From the sequence record MT811961.1: DNA of 64,000 bases; one strand, 5' to 3'. Each line of letters starts with the position of its first letter. Position 1 is the first letter of the stretch. The notes under the pieces are model-generated. The model did no database searches. It was not told where the DNA came from and saw nothing but the letters and a program-made list of their open reading frames with translations. Below, in pieces: positions 1 through 8,862 of the stretch. The position numbers and the translations under genes were made by a program.

Positions 1-398
1 ACGTCAAAATCCGATTGGTTGCTTACATTAGTCAGGTTCACTGAGGCGTCACGTCCAGCAAAGTCGACAATTCTCGCTCTGCTGTTTTCTATGCGCAATT
101 CAAAATGTCGACCTGTACCAGCTGGTGTCGTAAATGCCCATGCCGAAGAGCCAGAAGACAAAACAAGAGAGCGGAAATGAAACCAAATATCCGAAGAGGT
201 ATTTGCAGGTGGTTCGGTTACAAACCAACCTTTACCTAGGGCATGGTTGGAAGCCTGTGAGTGTCCACGACTAAACTTCTCATCGCGAAACTGAGGATAG
301 ATTGGATTCAACACCACACGTTGGTCATAATCTGTACTACCTACTTCGGCTTCTGTTGTAAAACCATGAGACTCATTAAAGACGAAAAGAAAACTCAT
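1..398 (-). CDS. Partial ORF running off the window start; probable virion/tail-associated protein
   Basis: ATG at 398-396 overlaps the TAA of the upstream gene (TAATG); frame reads MSFLFVFNESHGFTTEAEVGSTDYDQRVVLNP... with no stop to position 1; absent from the ORF track. Confidence 0.7.
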   Translation of the reverse strand, partial: MSFLFVFNESHGFTTEAEVGSTDYDQRVVLNPIYPQFRDEKFSRGHSQASNHALGKGWFVTEPPANTSSDIWFHFRSLVLSSGSSAWAFTTPAGTGRHFELRIENSRARIVDFAGRDASVNLTNVSNQSDFD

Positions 399-1393
399 TA
401 CATCAAGCCCTCCAAAGTAATGGAAATGTTAGCCAGTGTTTTGTCGGCTACGCCGTTTTGTTTTAGTGTGATCGTATCACCTGTTGTTACTGAAACGTCA
501 CCGGTCGAAACGAATGTTCCTGTAGTGTCGCCAGTAGCAAAATTGATTGTGCCGATCTGGGTTGCACCATGCAGGACAACAAGAGAGGTATCTGCCTCGG
601 CTGCTGTGGCCGCAACTGCAACTGAGTTAGGGAAGTTTTGCTTAAAGACAAAGTCTTGTGTAATAACTTCGATAAAGATCTCTTCATCATCATCGGTGGT
701 GTCTTGAATAAAACACTTGATATTAAAGAGAGTTGTTGTGTTTACTTGGAAAACCGAATCCCACTGAGTCGGATCAAATGGACCTGCCGTTTCGATCTTG
801 TCCTTCGATACATATACACCGTCGTTGTATGTTACGAAAACACCAGCTTCATAGGTTGCAGTATCATCAAAAGTACCAGACCAGTCTTGCATACCACCAC
901 GGTCATACGTAGCGTCTACTTGCCACTGGGCAGGATCAAATGGTGTACCTGGATCGATGTCTTCCAGCGCACGCATAACAATCACATTGTCCGGCGTTAG
1001 ACGTACTGTTGCTGTGTTGGCAAAGTATCCGTTTACTTCATCATAGATGCCGCCATAAGCAGCACCGCCGTCAGCAGGCATGTGGGTTAAAGCCCAAAAG
1101 TTACGGTTGGTCAAACTAATGTTGCTGTTGGCAGGTACGTTGGAAATACAACGGAAATAACCAAAAGCAGTGCGGATCTCAGATCCTGCCAAGTATGGGT
1201 AATCAGAGTTATGTACTTTGCTTACCACCACAGAAGGGTCTGGATCTGGCCAACTGGAATTATCTTCCAGTGCACCAACCAAGTCAATCAGACCATTCAC
1301 CGAGTCTGCGATCATGCGGCCGGTTGAGTTATCTGGATCGTCTGGTTCTTTTTTAGCCACCAAGTAACGAATTGGAAATGATGTATTCCGCAT
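398..1393 (-). CDS. Putative virion/tail-associated protein with CBM5/12-like aromatic repeat (PFDPxQW, TYEAGVFVTYNDGVY)
   Basis: ORF 398-1411; ATG at 1393 has AGGAG 8 nt upstream; repeated PFDPAQW/PFDPTQW; Thr/Gly-rich beta C-terminus typical of tail-fibre-associated proteins. Confidence 0.6.
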   Translation of the reverse strand: MRNTSFPIRYLVAKKEPDDPDNSTGRMIADSVNGLIDLVGALEDNSSWPDPDPSVVVSKVHNSDYPYLAGSEIRTAFGYFRCISNVPANSNISLTNRNFWALTHMPADGGAAYGGIYDEVNGYFANTATVRLTPDNVIVMRALEDIDPGTPFDPAQWQVDATYDRGGMQDWSGTFDDTATYEAGVFVTYNDGVYVSKDKIETAGPFDPTQWDSVFQVNTTTLFNIKCFIQDTTDDDEEIFIEVITQDFVFKQNFPNSVAVAATAAEADTSLVVLHGATQIGTINFATGDTTGTFVSTGDVSVTTGDTITLKQNGVADKTLANISITLEGLM

Positions 1394-1471
1394 GGGAGTT
1401 ACTCCTGTCAATTACGTAATTAAGCTGCACTCGCAGCATAAAATTTGTTGTGATCATTTAAAACATAATCC

Positions 1472-1479
1472 TATATTAC
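1472..1479 (+). promoter_or_regulatory. phiKZ-type early promoter core TATATTAC
   Basis: cTATATTACtatagtgac, intergenic, upstream of 1517; identical 17-mer at 32872. Confidence 0.75.
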
Positions 1480-1516
1480 TATAGTGACTGAAGCCACGAA
1501 AATAAAAGGATGCAAG

Positions 1517-2305
1517 ATGTCTGAAGAAGTTAGACTACTCATCTTAGACATAGATGAAGTAGCCACAAATCACTGGACGTTTATGGAAGGCGAAACTGCC
1601 AATATAAACTCCGTCGTAATCGAGATGATCAATGATCTTTGTCATCTTTACAACCTTAAAATCTCTTTCATCAGTACATGGGCTGATCACGGGGATGGAA
1701 CAAACAGCAACTCAGAAAAAGCGATGCTGCATAAGCTAGCTGATGCGATGGGTTTTCATCGTGGTTTAGTATGGCACAAATGCCCTCGTGTACCGAAGCC
1801 TACTTCTTTCCGTGGAGATCGCATGCGGAAATTGCTCACCGATCATCCAGAGATCACGGACTATGTCATTATTGACGATAGCTGTGATTATTATGAAGAG
1901 CACCAACCACGACTCGTACACATCGATTCTGTGGGTGGTTTTACTGCACGTGATTATCTTGCTGTTCGCTCACTATTTGAACCCGCTTATGGTCAGTATG
2001 TGTACAATACTGCTCACTCTGGTATTTATACAAACAAACCAAACTGGATCTACACAAAGATGAGTGAAGAAACAAAACATCTTAAAGCAGGTGAGTCTTA
2101 TCGCGAAGGCGAGATTGTTTATCTGCCTGACAGCGATTGTTTTGTTCAATTCAACTATGATGTAGAACCAGATATAACTTGTGGTAACTACGTACCAATC
2201 GTTTTGGTTGGACGCGGAGTCAACGCACGGGTACTGAAGTCGGTTGAACTCAATCAACTATTTATTACAAACTTTATCCAAAAACATGGTAACGGAGATA
2301 AGTAA
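1517..2305 (+). CDS. HAD-superfamily phosphatase (Swiss-Army-knife RNA-repair HAD type) with C-terminal extension
   Basis: LILDIDEV motif I, ISTW motif II, RG..R motif III, YVIIDD motif IV; AAGGA RBS before ATG 1517. Confidence 0.75.
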   Translation: MSEEVRLLILDIDEVATNHWTFMEGETANINSVVIEMINDLCHLYNLKISFISTWADHGDGTNSNSEKAMLHKLADAMGFHRGLVWHKCPRVPKPTSFRGDRMRKLLTDHPEITDYVIIDDSCDYYEEHQPRLVHIDSVGGFTARDYLAVRSLFEPAYGQYVYNTAHSGIYTNKPNWIYTKMSEETKHLKAGESYREGEIVYLPDSDCFVQFNYDVEPDITCGNYVPIVLVGRGVNARVLKSVELNQLFITNFIQKHGNGDK

Positions 2306-3573
2306 TGGAAATGAAAGATTATATTGGCATTGGTATGGTGTTCATCATCTTTGCTGTTTTTGCTTTGGGCTACATACTTCGAAAAAGCGGCGCTAATGTA
2401 GACAAGAACCATGCAGAGATGAACAAGGCTGCACAGAAGTCTTTAGATAAGATTGAGGCTACAAAGGATGCAAACTATGCCTATATCCGCCGCGTATTAG
2501 ACGAACATATTGTTAACCTGGAACACGGTAAAGAACTGTTCATGGAACTCATCAACATCTCCGGTGTTCGAGACATGTGCCTGTCTTCGGCTTTCCAGAA
2601 GAACGAAATGTATATCTTTGAAGATGATGGCGTGTTTGTTGCGAGACTGCGCTGCGCAGAAAAAGAACACATCGGTGAGCTGTTTGCTATTCTCTTTTAC
2701 CTGCATCAGTTTACAACCATCAAGCTTTTCTTCCATAAGTCCAAAGCCTCTAACAACGATGGCTGGAATCTGGCTACGTGGGAAAAGACGATGCAAGAGA
2801 TGTTATGGGAACTAGGTGATATCTGTCTTGTTGACTTTGAAAAGAAAATACAGGATAAACGGGCTTGTTCGTTCTACCATTTTGTACCAGACAACATCAA
2901 GTCTCCAGTACCTATGGAAATCCATCATGAGTTGTTTGTTCAAACTACATTACCACCGCGTTATGTGGCACATGCAATCACAATGGAATATCAAGGCACG
3001 CCATCTCCTGAAGAAATGGCTACGTACTTTATTGCCGACTACTCTGCCAAAAAGATACACAAGCGAACCCCACTGACTATTGAAGTTGACTTCCAGCAAG
3101 ACGGTGAGGTGCATGTAATCCCACTGGCAGACGGAACAAAAGACGAATACCTCATCGACGATAATGATGATGTTCGTGTTTTAATTCCATCCACAAGTGA
3201 ATTTGGCGAACGTCTGAGTGCATACATGGAAGACACAGCCAGCGAATATTTTGCAGTGCCGCATCATAACACAATGCTAAGTCGTCCTATTCGTCGTCCA
3301 TGGAACTCTGTGGTGTACACACCGGCAGACAAAGATGTGTTGTTCTCTATTACCGAAGACAAGGTACTAGAGCGCTGTGTTCGTGCTGAGGAACTCCTAG
3401 ACCTAAATCAACTCGTAACAGGTGTCTTACCAGACGGCAAACAATTCTACATCAAAGAAGTTGTCCCTGCCTACGTTAAGATCATGGGCGAAGAAACTAA
3501 CTCCTATGCCTTTATTGGCACACTAGGTGAACAACACCCAGTAGCCGAAGTAAGAATCGCCGGCGAAGAATAG
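2305..3573 (+). CDS. Hypothetical membrane-anchored protein (N-terminal TM)
   Basis: 422-aa ORF, TAATG coupling, TM YIGIGMVFIIFAVFALGYIL. Confidence 0.7.
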   Translation: MEMKDYIGIGMVFIIFAVFALGYILRKSGANVDKNHAEMNKAAQKSLDKIEATKDANYAYIRRVLDEHIVNLEHGKELFMELINISGVRDMCLSSAFQKNEMYIFEDDGVFVARLRCAEKEHIGELFAILFYLHQFTTIKLFFHKSKASNNDGWNLATWEKTMQEMLWELGDICLVDFEKKIQDKRACSFYHFVPDNIKSPVPMEIHHELFVQTTLPPRYVAHAITMEYQGTPSPEEMATYFIADYSAKKIHKRTPLTIEVDFQQDGEVHVIPLADGTKDEYLIDDNDDVRVLIPSTSEFGERLSAYMEDTASEYFAVPHHNTMLSRPIRRPWNSVVYTPADKDVLFSITEDKVLERCVRAEELLDLNQLVTGVLPDGKQFYIKEVVPAYVKIMGEETNSYAFIGTLGEQHPVAEVRIAGEE

Positions 3574-3593
3574 TTTCATCGTTTCTTCATTTC

Positions 3594-3601
3594 TATATAA
3601 C
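3594..3601 (+). promoter_or_regulatory. Early promoter core TATATAAC
   Basis: ttcTATATAACcaatgtgaa, matches consensus shared with 9901 and 43750. Confidence 0.7.
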
Positions 3602-3641
3602 CAATGTGAATATTCACGCTAAACCAACAAAGGAGACAATT

Positions 3642-3944
3642 ATGTCTATCAACGTTAAAACTCTATCTGTACTAGCTAAAGACACTAAAGGCAACCACTT
3701 CTTCAAAATCCTAGGTAAGAAAAATGGCAAAGTTACTTTGTCTGTAGCAGCAGATAACGAACTAGGTCTAACTGACATCACAGTTGACGCGTTCAAAGAA
3801 GTGAAAGGTGCGAAAGTTGGTTCTGTTGTTACTGTAACAAAAGACGGCGACGACCTAAGCTTCTCTGTTGAAGCGCCAGAACCAAAAGCTGGTCACCAGC
3901 GCAAAACCACTACTCCAGCAGTACGTGAAACCCTAGCAATCTAA
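3642..3944 (+). CDS. Small beta-rich early protein, unknown function
   Basis: AAGGAG RBS, own promoter and terminator, strongly biased codons (GGT, CTA, AAA). Confidence 0.8.
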   Translation: MSINVKTLSVLAKDTKGNHFFKILGKKNGKVTLSVAADNELGLTDITVDAFKEVKGAKVGSVVTVTKDGDDLSFSVEAPEPKAGHQRKTTTPAVRETLAI

Positions 3945-3952
3945 TTGCATTC

Positions 3953-3994
3953 GCTCCTGCCCCATCTGGGGCGGGAGCTATCATTTTATTTTTT
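3953..3994 (+). terminator. Rho-independent terminator
   Basis: GCTCCTGCCCC-atct-GGGGCGGGAGC followed by T-rich tract. Confidence 0.75.
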
Positions 3995-4015
3995 ATCCTT
4001 TTATCAGGAGCCACA
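3994..4015 (+). repeat. 22-bp leader repeat copy 1 (TATCCTTTTATCAGGAGCCACA)
   Basis: Exact copy at 5137-5158; both contain the AGGAG RBS. Confidence 0.9.
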
Positions 4016-4016
4016 C

Positions 4017-4598
4017 ATGACTACGATATATGCAGTGAACGATTGGATCGGTGCAGATATGAACCACGCACAGTACCTAAACAAACCTCGCTTCGAAGAA
4101 CAAAAGTTAGCATTCTCTAAATTGGATTGCGTTATTCTGGCTATTGGCGGGTGGTCTCGTACCGCAGCCCGTGTTCATACAATAGCAACTTACTTTGAGA
4201 TCATGTTGCTTGCACAATGCTTTGGGTTTGACGATATCCTCGCAAAGGCTAAAACCAAAATCATCGACGATGCGGTAAACGACACGGTCATCGGTCTTTA
4301 TAAACGAGATGGTCGCGTTATTACGTTCTGTTTTGAAGATGAACGATTCGATATTGAGTTTCGTTCTGATGGCGTTGGATATGGAACTGGATTACTTTGT
4401 GCCAAAGCAGAGTATCACCGTCAAGCGATCTTGGATGAGTTCTGTATGGACACCATCATGGAAAAGACAGCAAGACTCGATCCACAAACTTCCGAAAGCT
4501 TTCATACTTACCATGGTGATGGTCTGACTGATTTAGAAAGCATCGAAGTTAAAAAGTTTAAAGAAATCGTTGAAGAATACCTAGGAGAGAAATTATGA
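4017..4598 (+). CDS. Proteasome-beta/HslV-like Ntn hydrolase with N-terminal Thr
   Basis: Starts MTTIY; GAD, QKL, ILAIGG, GYGTG and DPQT..FHT motifs parallel HslV (TTIVS, AGD, K33, AGFAG, AIGSG, YTNHFHT as recalled). Confidence 0.65.
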   Translation: MTTIYAVNDWIGADMNHAQYLNKPRFEEQKLAFSKLDCVILAIGGWSRTAARVHTIATYFEIMLLAQCFGFDDILAKAKTKIIDDAVNDTVIGLYKRDGRVITFCFEDERFDIEFRSDGVGYGTGLLCAKAEYHRQAILDEFCMDTIMEKTARLDPQTSESFHTYHGDGLTDLESIEVKKFKEIVEEYLGEKL

Positions 4599-5128
4599 GT
4601 AAGGGTGCTAACTGGATCGCGATGGTTCGCGACAAACTAATCGTTCCTGCAAAGATGCTGGCTGTTACACCAGACTGTTCACCAACTTCAAGTATGTTAA
4701 AAACAAAGTATGGTTTGGTGTTTCTACAAACCACAGGTGATCTTTCTTACTTTAACCATATGATGGCAGGTGAGTTAGAAAACATGTGTATGTCAGGTGA
4801 ACATTCGCACTGGGGCTTCTGCCTTATCCGCCCAGATGGCAGTGTCATCTTCCGTGCACTGGATCGTCCTACAAAAGACGAGGTACGTGAAACTCAATAC
4901 ATGTTTTATCCAGATCAAGACGTAACACACCTCCTAGGCCACGGTGATCGCATAGCTGCTTTTAATGCAGTAGCAGAAGAGCCATGTCATCGTATCATCA
5001 AGATCATGCGCAACATGTTTCCAGCCGCTGGTGATTGGCATGTGATCGATATCAAACGCAGTGCTGAAAAACTAAAAGACTGCGAACCACTACCACGTAC
5101 AGTTGGCGTTATCCGCAAGCTGTCTTAA
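4595..5128 (+). CDS. Degenerate Ntn-fold paralog lacking the N-terminal Thr
   Basis: ATGA overlap with 4017 gene; CLIRPDGSVIF vs GLYKRDGRVITF, GHGDRIAA vs GYGTGLLCA, TTGD in the AG position. Confidence 0.45.
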   Translation: MSKGANWIAMVRDKLIVPAKMLAVTPDCSPTSSMLKTKYGLVFLQTTGDLSYFNHMMAGELENMCMSGEHSHWGFCLIRPDGSVIFRALDRPTKDEVRETQYMFYPDQDVTHLLGHGDRIAAFNAVAEEPCHRIIKIMRNMFPAAGDWHVIDIKRSAEKLKDCEPLPRTVGVIRKLS

Positions 5129-5136
5129 CGACCAAC

Positions 5137-5158
5137 TATCCTTTTATCAGGAGCCACA
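5137..5158 (+). repeat. 22-bp leader repeat copy 2
   Basis: Identical to 3994-4015. Confidence 0.9.
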
Positions 5159-5160
5159 AT

Positions 5161-5991
5161 ATGAACAACCTAGCACACCGCTTAATTGAAAACGTTAAGC
5201 ACACCGTAGGAACTCCGATTCCTGAAGCCTTTGACCCAGCTAAGAACTTTGGTTCAAAAGAAGTTCTTCCAAAGAAACCATTGGCAGTAAAAGACAAAGA
5301 TTTACAGATGCAGGTCTACCTAACTGCTCGTAATTCTTTCTGGTACTACCTAACCGAGATTGTCCGTGTTAATCGTCTTAGTAGTTCTAGTTACATTCAA
5401 GTAAACTTTGAGGTACTTTACTTTGCAATGGCGGTTCAATTCAACCTTAACTTCTGTAGCCGTAACTTAGATGAAGACGAGCGAGAGTTTTTATTGGCTG
5501 CACGCAGTCAATGGATGGATCTACGTGCAACAAACCAAACCGACTTTGTTTTGCATTCATCTCAAAAGGAAAAAGAAAAGGTCGCCGCTCGTCGCCGTAT
5601 GATGACGGATGCTCGTCCACGTTGGCTGGATGGTGTTCATCCGTTTAATCAGACATATGATGCGATAGGTCAACAAGACCCAGCTCGTGCCGATACCATC
5701 GGTAAGGGCGTATCGATGCAATCAATAGTCATCAACCGCGCAGATAAGGTTAAGAACTTGGACCGCACACTTCGTGACTGTGTACCTGTTTGGAAGACAG
5801 CACAAGAATATGCGAAGAAACAAAACGGCCGTAACCTAACTAACCTAATTGCCTTGTATGAATCACACAAGCAATGGAAGGTTATCAGCCGTGGCTTTGT
5901 GGTAAATGCACGCATGAGTATTGATTTACTCCGCTGGCCTGCTGATGTAATTACAGCCACATCAGAAAACGTACTGTTCACTCGTAACTAG
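5161..5991 (+). CDS. Hypothetical protein
   Basis: 276-aa ORF with AGGAG RBS. Confidence 0.75.
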   Translation: MNNLAHRLIENVKHTVGTPIPEAFDPAKNFGSKEVLPKKPLAVKDKDLQMQVYLTARNSFWYYLTEIVRVNRLSSSSYIQVNFEVLYFAMAVQFNLNFCSRNLDEDEREFLLAARSQWMDLRATNQTDFVLHSSQKEKEKVAARRRMMTDARPRWLDGVHPFNQTYDAIGQQDPARADTIGKGVSMQSIVINRADKVKNLDRTLRDCVPVWKTAQEYAKKQNGRNLTNLIALYESHKQWKVISRGFVVNARMSIDLLRWPADVITATSENVLFTRN

Positions 5992-6001
5992 GAGACTTAC
6001 A

Positions 6002-6697
6002 ATGGACGTAGTAATTTGGACGCTATCTATTATTGCTTGGGTCTGTATCATTCTGGTCGGTGTCGCCAGATATGCCACCATCTACTTTATTGACATGTTC
6101 AACGGCACGCGTGACCTAATCGTTTTGCGTGGCGGTGAATACATTGTCGTTAACGACGGCTACCGTGAATTGCTCAGCAGCAAAGAGAAGCATCGTGAAC
6201 GCTTCCATGGTGAGCAAGTACGTTACGGTGACGATGTGTTGTTCTGGCCAGAAGGCAACTGCATGCGTTGTTTCTGTAGCTATGAGGGCCGCGTATCTAC
6301 CTATCTCTTCCCTGTGGCAGAGTACGAATATCTGGCTGTCTTATTAGAGGGCTGTGATAACCCTGGTTTTACCACAGAACGCTGGATTCGGTTGACTGAC
6401 TCCATCGGCAGAACAATCCGCAACCTGGATTCTTTCGTATCAAAACCAACCGCGCCTTTTCTTACAACTCATGAGATTTCACCACCTAACGATGACTTCG
6501 ACGGTGATGCAATGTCAATGGAGTTCAACAAAGAGACTGGGAGTTTTGAAAATCTAAAAACCGTCAAAGCCGACATCCCTTGTCGGGAATGTGAATTCTC
6601 ACCTGACTCGCTTATCTGGAAAGATGGCGATGTAATCCAACTCACAAAAGAACCTGATCTTAACTTAACGCACCTTGGAACAATCGGAGACTACTAA
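6002..6697 (+). CDS. Hypothetical membrane-anchored protein
   Basis: N-terminal TM VVIWTLSIIAWVCIILVGVA; AGGAG RBS. Confidence 0.7.
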   Translation: MDVVIWTLSIIAWVCIILVGVARYATIYFIDMFNGTRDLIVLRGGEYIVVNDGYRELLSSKEKHRERFHGEQVRYGDDVLFWPEGNCMRCFCSYEGRVSTYLFPVAEYEYLAVLLEGCDNPGFTTERWIRLTDSIGRTIRNLDSFVSKPTAPFLTTHEISPPNDDFDGDAMSMEFNKETGSFENLKTVKADIPCRECEFSPDSLIWKDGDVIQLTKEPDLNLTHLGTIGDY

Positions 6698-6698
6698 G

Positions 6699-7622
6699 AT
6701 GAAAAACAAAATGTTCGAACACAAACAAACTGGTCTTGTTTACCCTGCTACACTAAACGACGAAATCAAGATCTTTGGTTATGACTTTACTCATAACGAA
6801 GACTTTGTTCACATCACTGATCCTCGTAATGAAAGCCTAAGTCACTTTATGCACGCGGTTAACGAGGTAGAGTTTCTGCCTAAGCTCATTACTTTGTTAG
6901 AGGGACAGCAGTTACGTTGTCCGTTTACAGACACATTGGCAGAAGTGATCAGCATGGCAGAGACATCCACGTTTGTTGATATCTGCGGTAACCACAAAGA
7001 GACTCGCAGCATGCCACGTCTGCATGTTCGCTTTACGCGTCCTGATGGCTCATCTTTCGCAGTGAAACACGATTCGGCATGGGCCCTATGGAACATGCGT
7101 CTACCTAGTGGCGAAACTCCATTGGAAGTCATGGAGGACATGAGTGAGTTCTTTGGTTCTCATACTCGCTGCAACATCAAGTTTGATCCAGCTGCAATTC
7201 TAAAGGAAATCAAGTTCTTTAAAGCCCATGAAGAAAAACCAAGCATCGAAGAACTTGTAGATATTCGTGAGCGATTCCGTGGTCTGGGTGTGGTTGAAGG
7301 CCTAACCTTTATCCTGCCAAAAAGCTTACGTCTAAGTAAAACGGTATATGACTCGGTAACACGTCTGTATGAAGTCAAGATGAGCAAGACAGGTACAAAC
7401 GTTATCGAACTACCTATTACGATTGAAGCAAGCTATGCACCTATCTGGGGCCTACAAAAGAACGTCTCTATTAAGTGGGCAGATGGTGTAATTGAGCAAA
7501 TGTCTTGGTCTAGCAATCCTGCACTGAAGGTTACGGACTACGACTTCCTTAAAGCGGTCACGTCGTCTATTGATGACACTTATGGCCATATCGTTTCATT
7601 CGAAATCATTGACGAGGATTAA
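6699..7622 (+). CDS. Hypothetical protein
   Basis: ORF 6675-7622; GGAG RBS favours ATG 6699. Confidence 0.7.
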   Translation: MKNKMFEHKQTGLVYPATLNDEIKIFGYDFTHNEDFVHITDPRNESLSHFMHAVNEVEFLPKLITLLEGQQLRCPFTDTLAEVISMAETSTFVDICGNHKETRSMPRLHVRFTRPDGSSFAVKHDSAWALWNMRLPSGETPLEVMEDMSEFFGSHTRCNIKFDPAAILKEIKFFKAHEEKPSIEELVDIRERFRGLGVVEGLTFILPKSLRLSKTVYDSVTRLYEVKMSKTGTNVIELPITIEASYAPIWGLQKNVSIKWADGVIEQMSWSSNPALKVTDYDFLKAVTSSIDDTYGHIVSFEIIDED

Positions 7623-7624
7623 TC

Positions 7625-8188
7625 ATGCAATATCTAACACTGGCAACCATGCCACGCATCATGCAAAACTGGGAACCAAGTGATCAGCTACAGGTAGAGC
7701 GTGATTACATCAAGCTACCGGTCAACGGACCACTAGAGGGTGACATCCTTTATCTTGCTGGCACACCAATGACTGTATTCAGCAATGGTATTTGGACCAT
7801 CATGGACCCCGAGTTCTTTATGACAAAGGGCAACGTGAAAACCACGGTGAAAACAAAGTCAGGCGTTGAATGCAATATTGATTTGCAATTCCCAGATACC
7901 CTGTCCAATGTCATTGAGCTAAACCAGCATGGTGCACTCAAGCTCGTCCATCGTGTGACAGGTAAGATCTTCCGTGCTACCTTTACTGTAGACGACCCTG
8001 AGAAGTTCTGTCCTGAAACATGTACTCGTGTTAACTTCTATCAGGTTTGGGTAATGCTTCAAGAGGTTCACCGCAATGGCGAAGACCAATGGGAGTACAA
8101 TACCAACCCAGTTGCTTACCTTGTAGGCGATAACGAAATCTGTGAATTCTTTGGCAATTGCCAAGTATCTGAATTCGATCTAATCTAA
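7625..8188 (+). CDS. Hypothetical protein
   Basis: 187-aa ORF, GAGGA RBS. Confidence 0.7.
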   Translation: MQYLTLATMPRIMQNWEPSDQLQVERDYIKLPVNGPLEGDILYLAGTPMTVFSNGIWTIMDPEFFMTKGNVKTTVKTKSGVECNIDLQFPDTLSNVIELNQHGALKLVHRVTGKIFRATFTVDDPEKFCPETCTRVNFYQVWVMLQEVHRNGEDQWEYNTNPVAYLVGDNEICEFFGNCQVSEFDLI

Positions 8189-8194
8189 CAACCC

Positions 8195-8220
8195 GAGGGA
8201 ATTTCTTGTGAGGTTCCCTC
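8195..8220 (+). other. Intergenic stem-loop without U-tract
   Basis: GAGGGAATTTC-ttgt-GAGGTTCCCTC (11 bp incl. G-T). Confidence 0.6.
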
Positions 8221-8257
8221 ATTAACCAAATCTTAATCAAACATAAGGAATAACAAC

Positions 8258-8860
8258 ATGCCTAGTCACTGGAACTCAACCATTCGTTCAAACGGTCCAA
8301 CTAAAGTATTCTCAAAGGCCGGTACAAACCCAGCTATCGAAGTAACAGTAGCGACTGGAACCGAATTCCATAAAAATGCTGATGGTGCTCCTACTCTTTA
8401 TACACCAGATGGCCACTGTTCTCTTCGCCATCTTGTGGCAATGGCAATCTCTAATGATTCAAACGACTTTGACTTTAGTGATGTTTCTATTTATACTGTA
8501 CAGACTCCGATTTCTATCGAGCGTACCGACTACGATAGTCGCATGGTTTGTGCTATCATTCCTGATGACGTACTGACCAACAAGAAAGAAATCAAAGTCA
8601 TTGCAGACGACAACCGCATCGTCACCATCTATCTGTTACGCACACCGACCAAGATGACTCGCGGTGAGTCTTTCATTATGGACGACGTGACGTTTATGGT
8701 TACCGAAGACTTCTCTTGGACTGCTAAGATTACTGAGATGGCTAACAAGTCTACTCAGGACTTTATCGAAGCCCTTATCGAAGAGAAGAAAATCCTACCT
8801 GTACTAAATAGCATGAAGCTGCAAGGTGCATCTCAAGCAACTCTGATTCGTAAGGCATAA
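8258..8860 (+). CDS. Hypothetical protein
   Basis: 200-aa ORF, AAGGA RBS. Confidence 0.75.
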   Translation: MPSHWNSTIRSNGPTKVFSKAGTNPAIEVTVATGTEFHKNADGAPTLYTPDGHCSLRHLVAMAISNDSNDFDFSDVSIYTVQTPISIERTDYDSRMVCAIIPDDVLTNKKEIKVIADDNRIVTIYLLRTPTKMTRGESFIMDDVTFMVTEDFSWTAKITEMANKSTQDFIEALIEEKKILPVLNSMKLQGASQATLIRKA

Positions 8861-8862
8861 AC

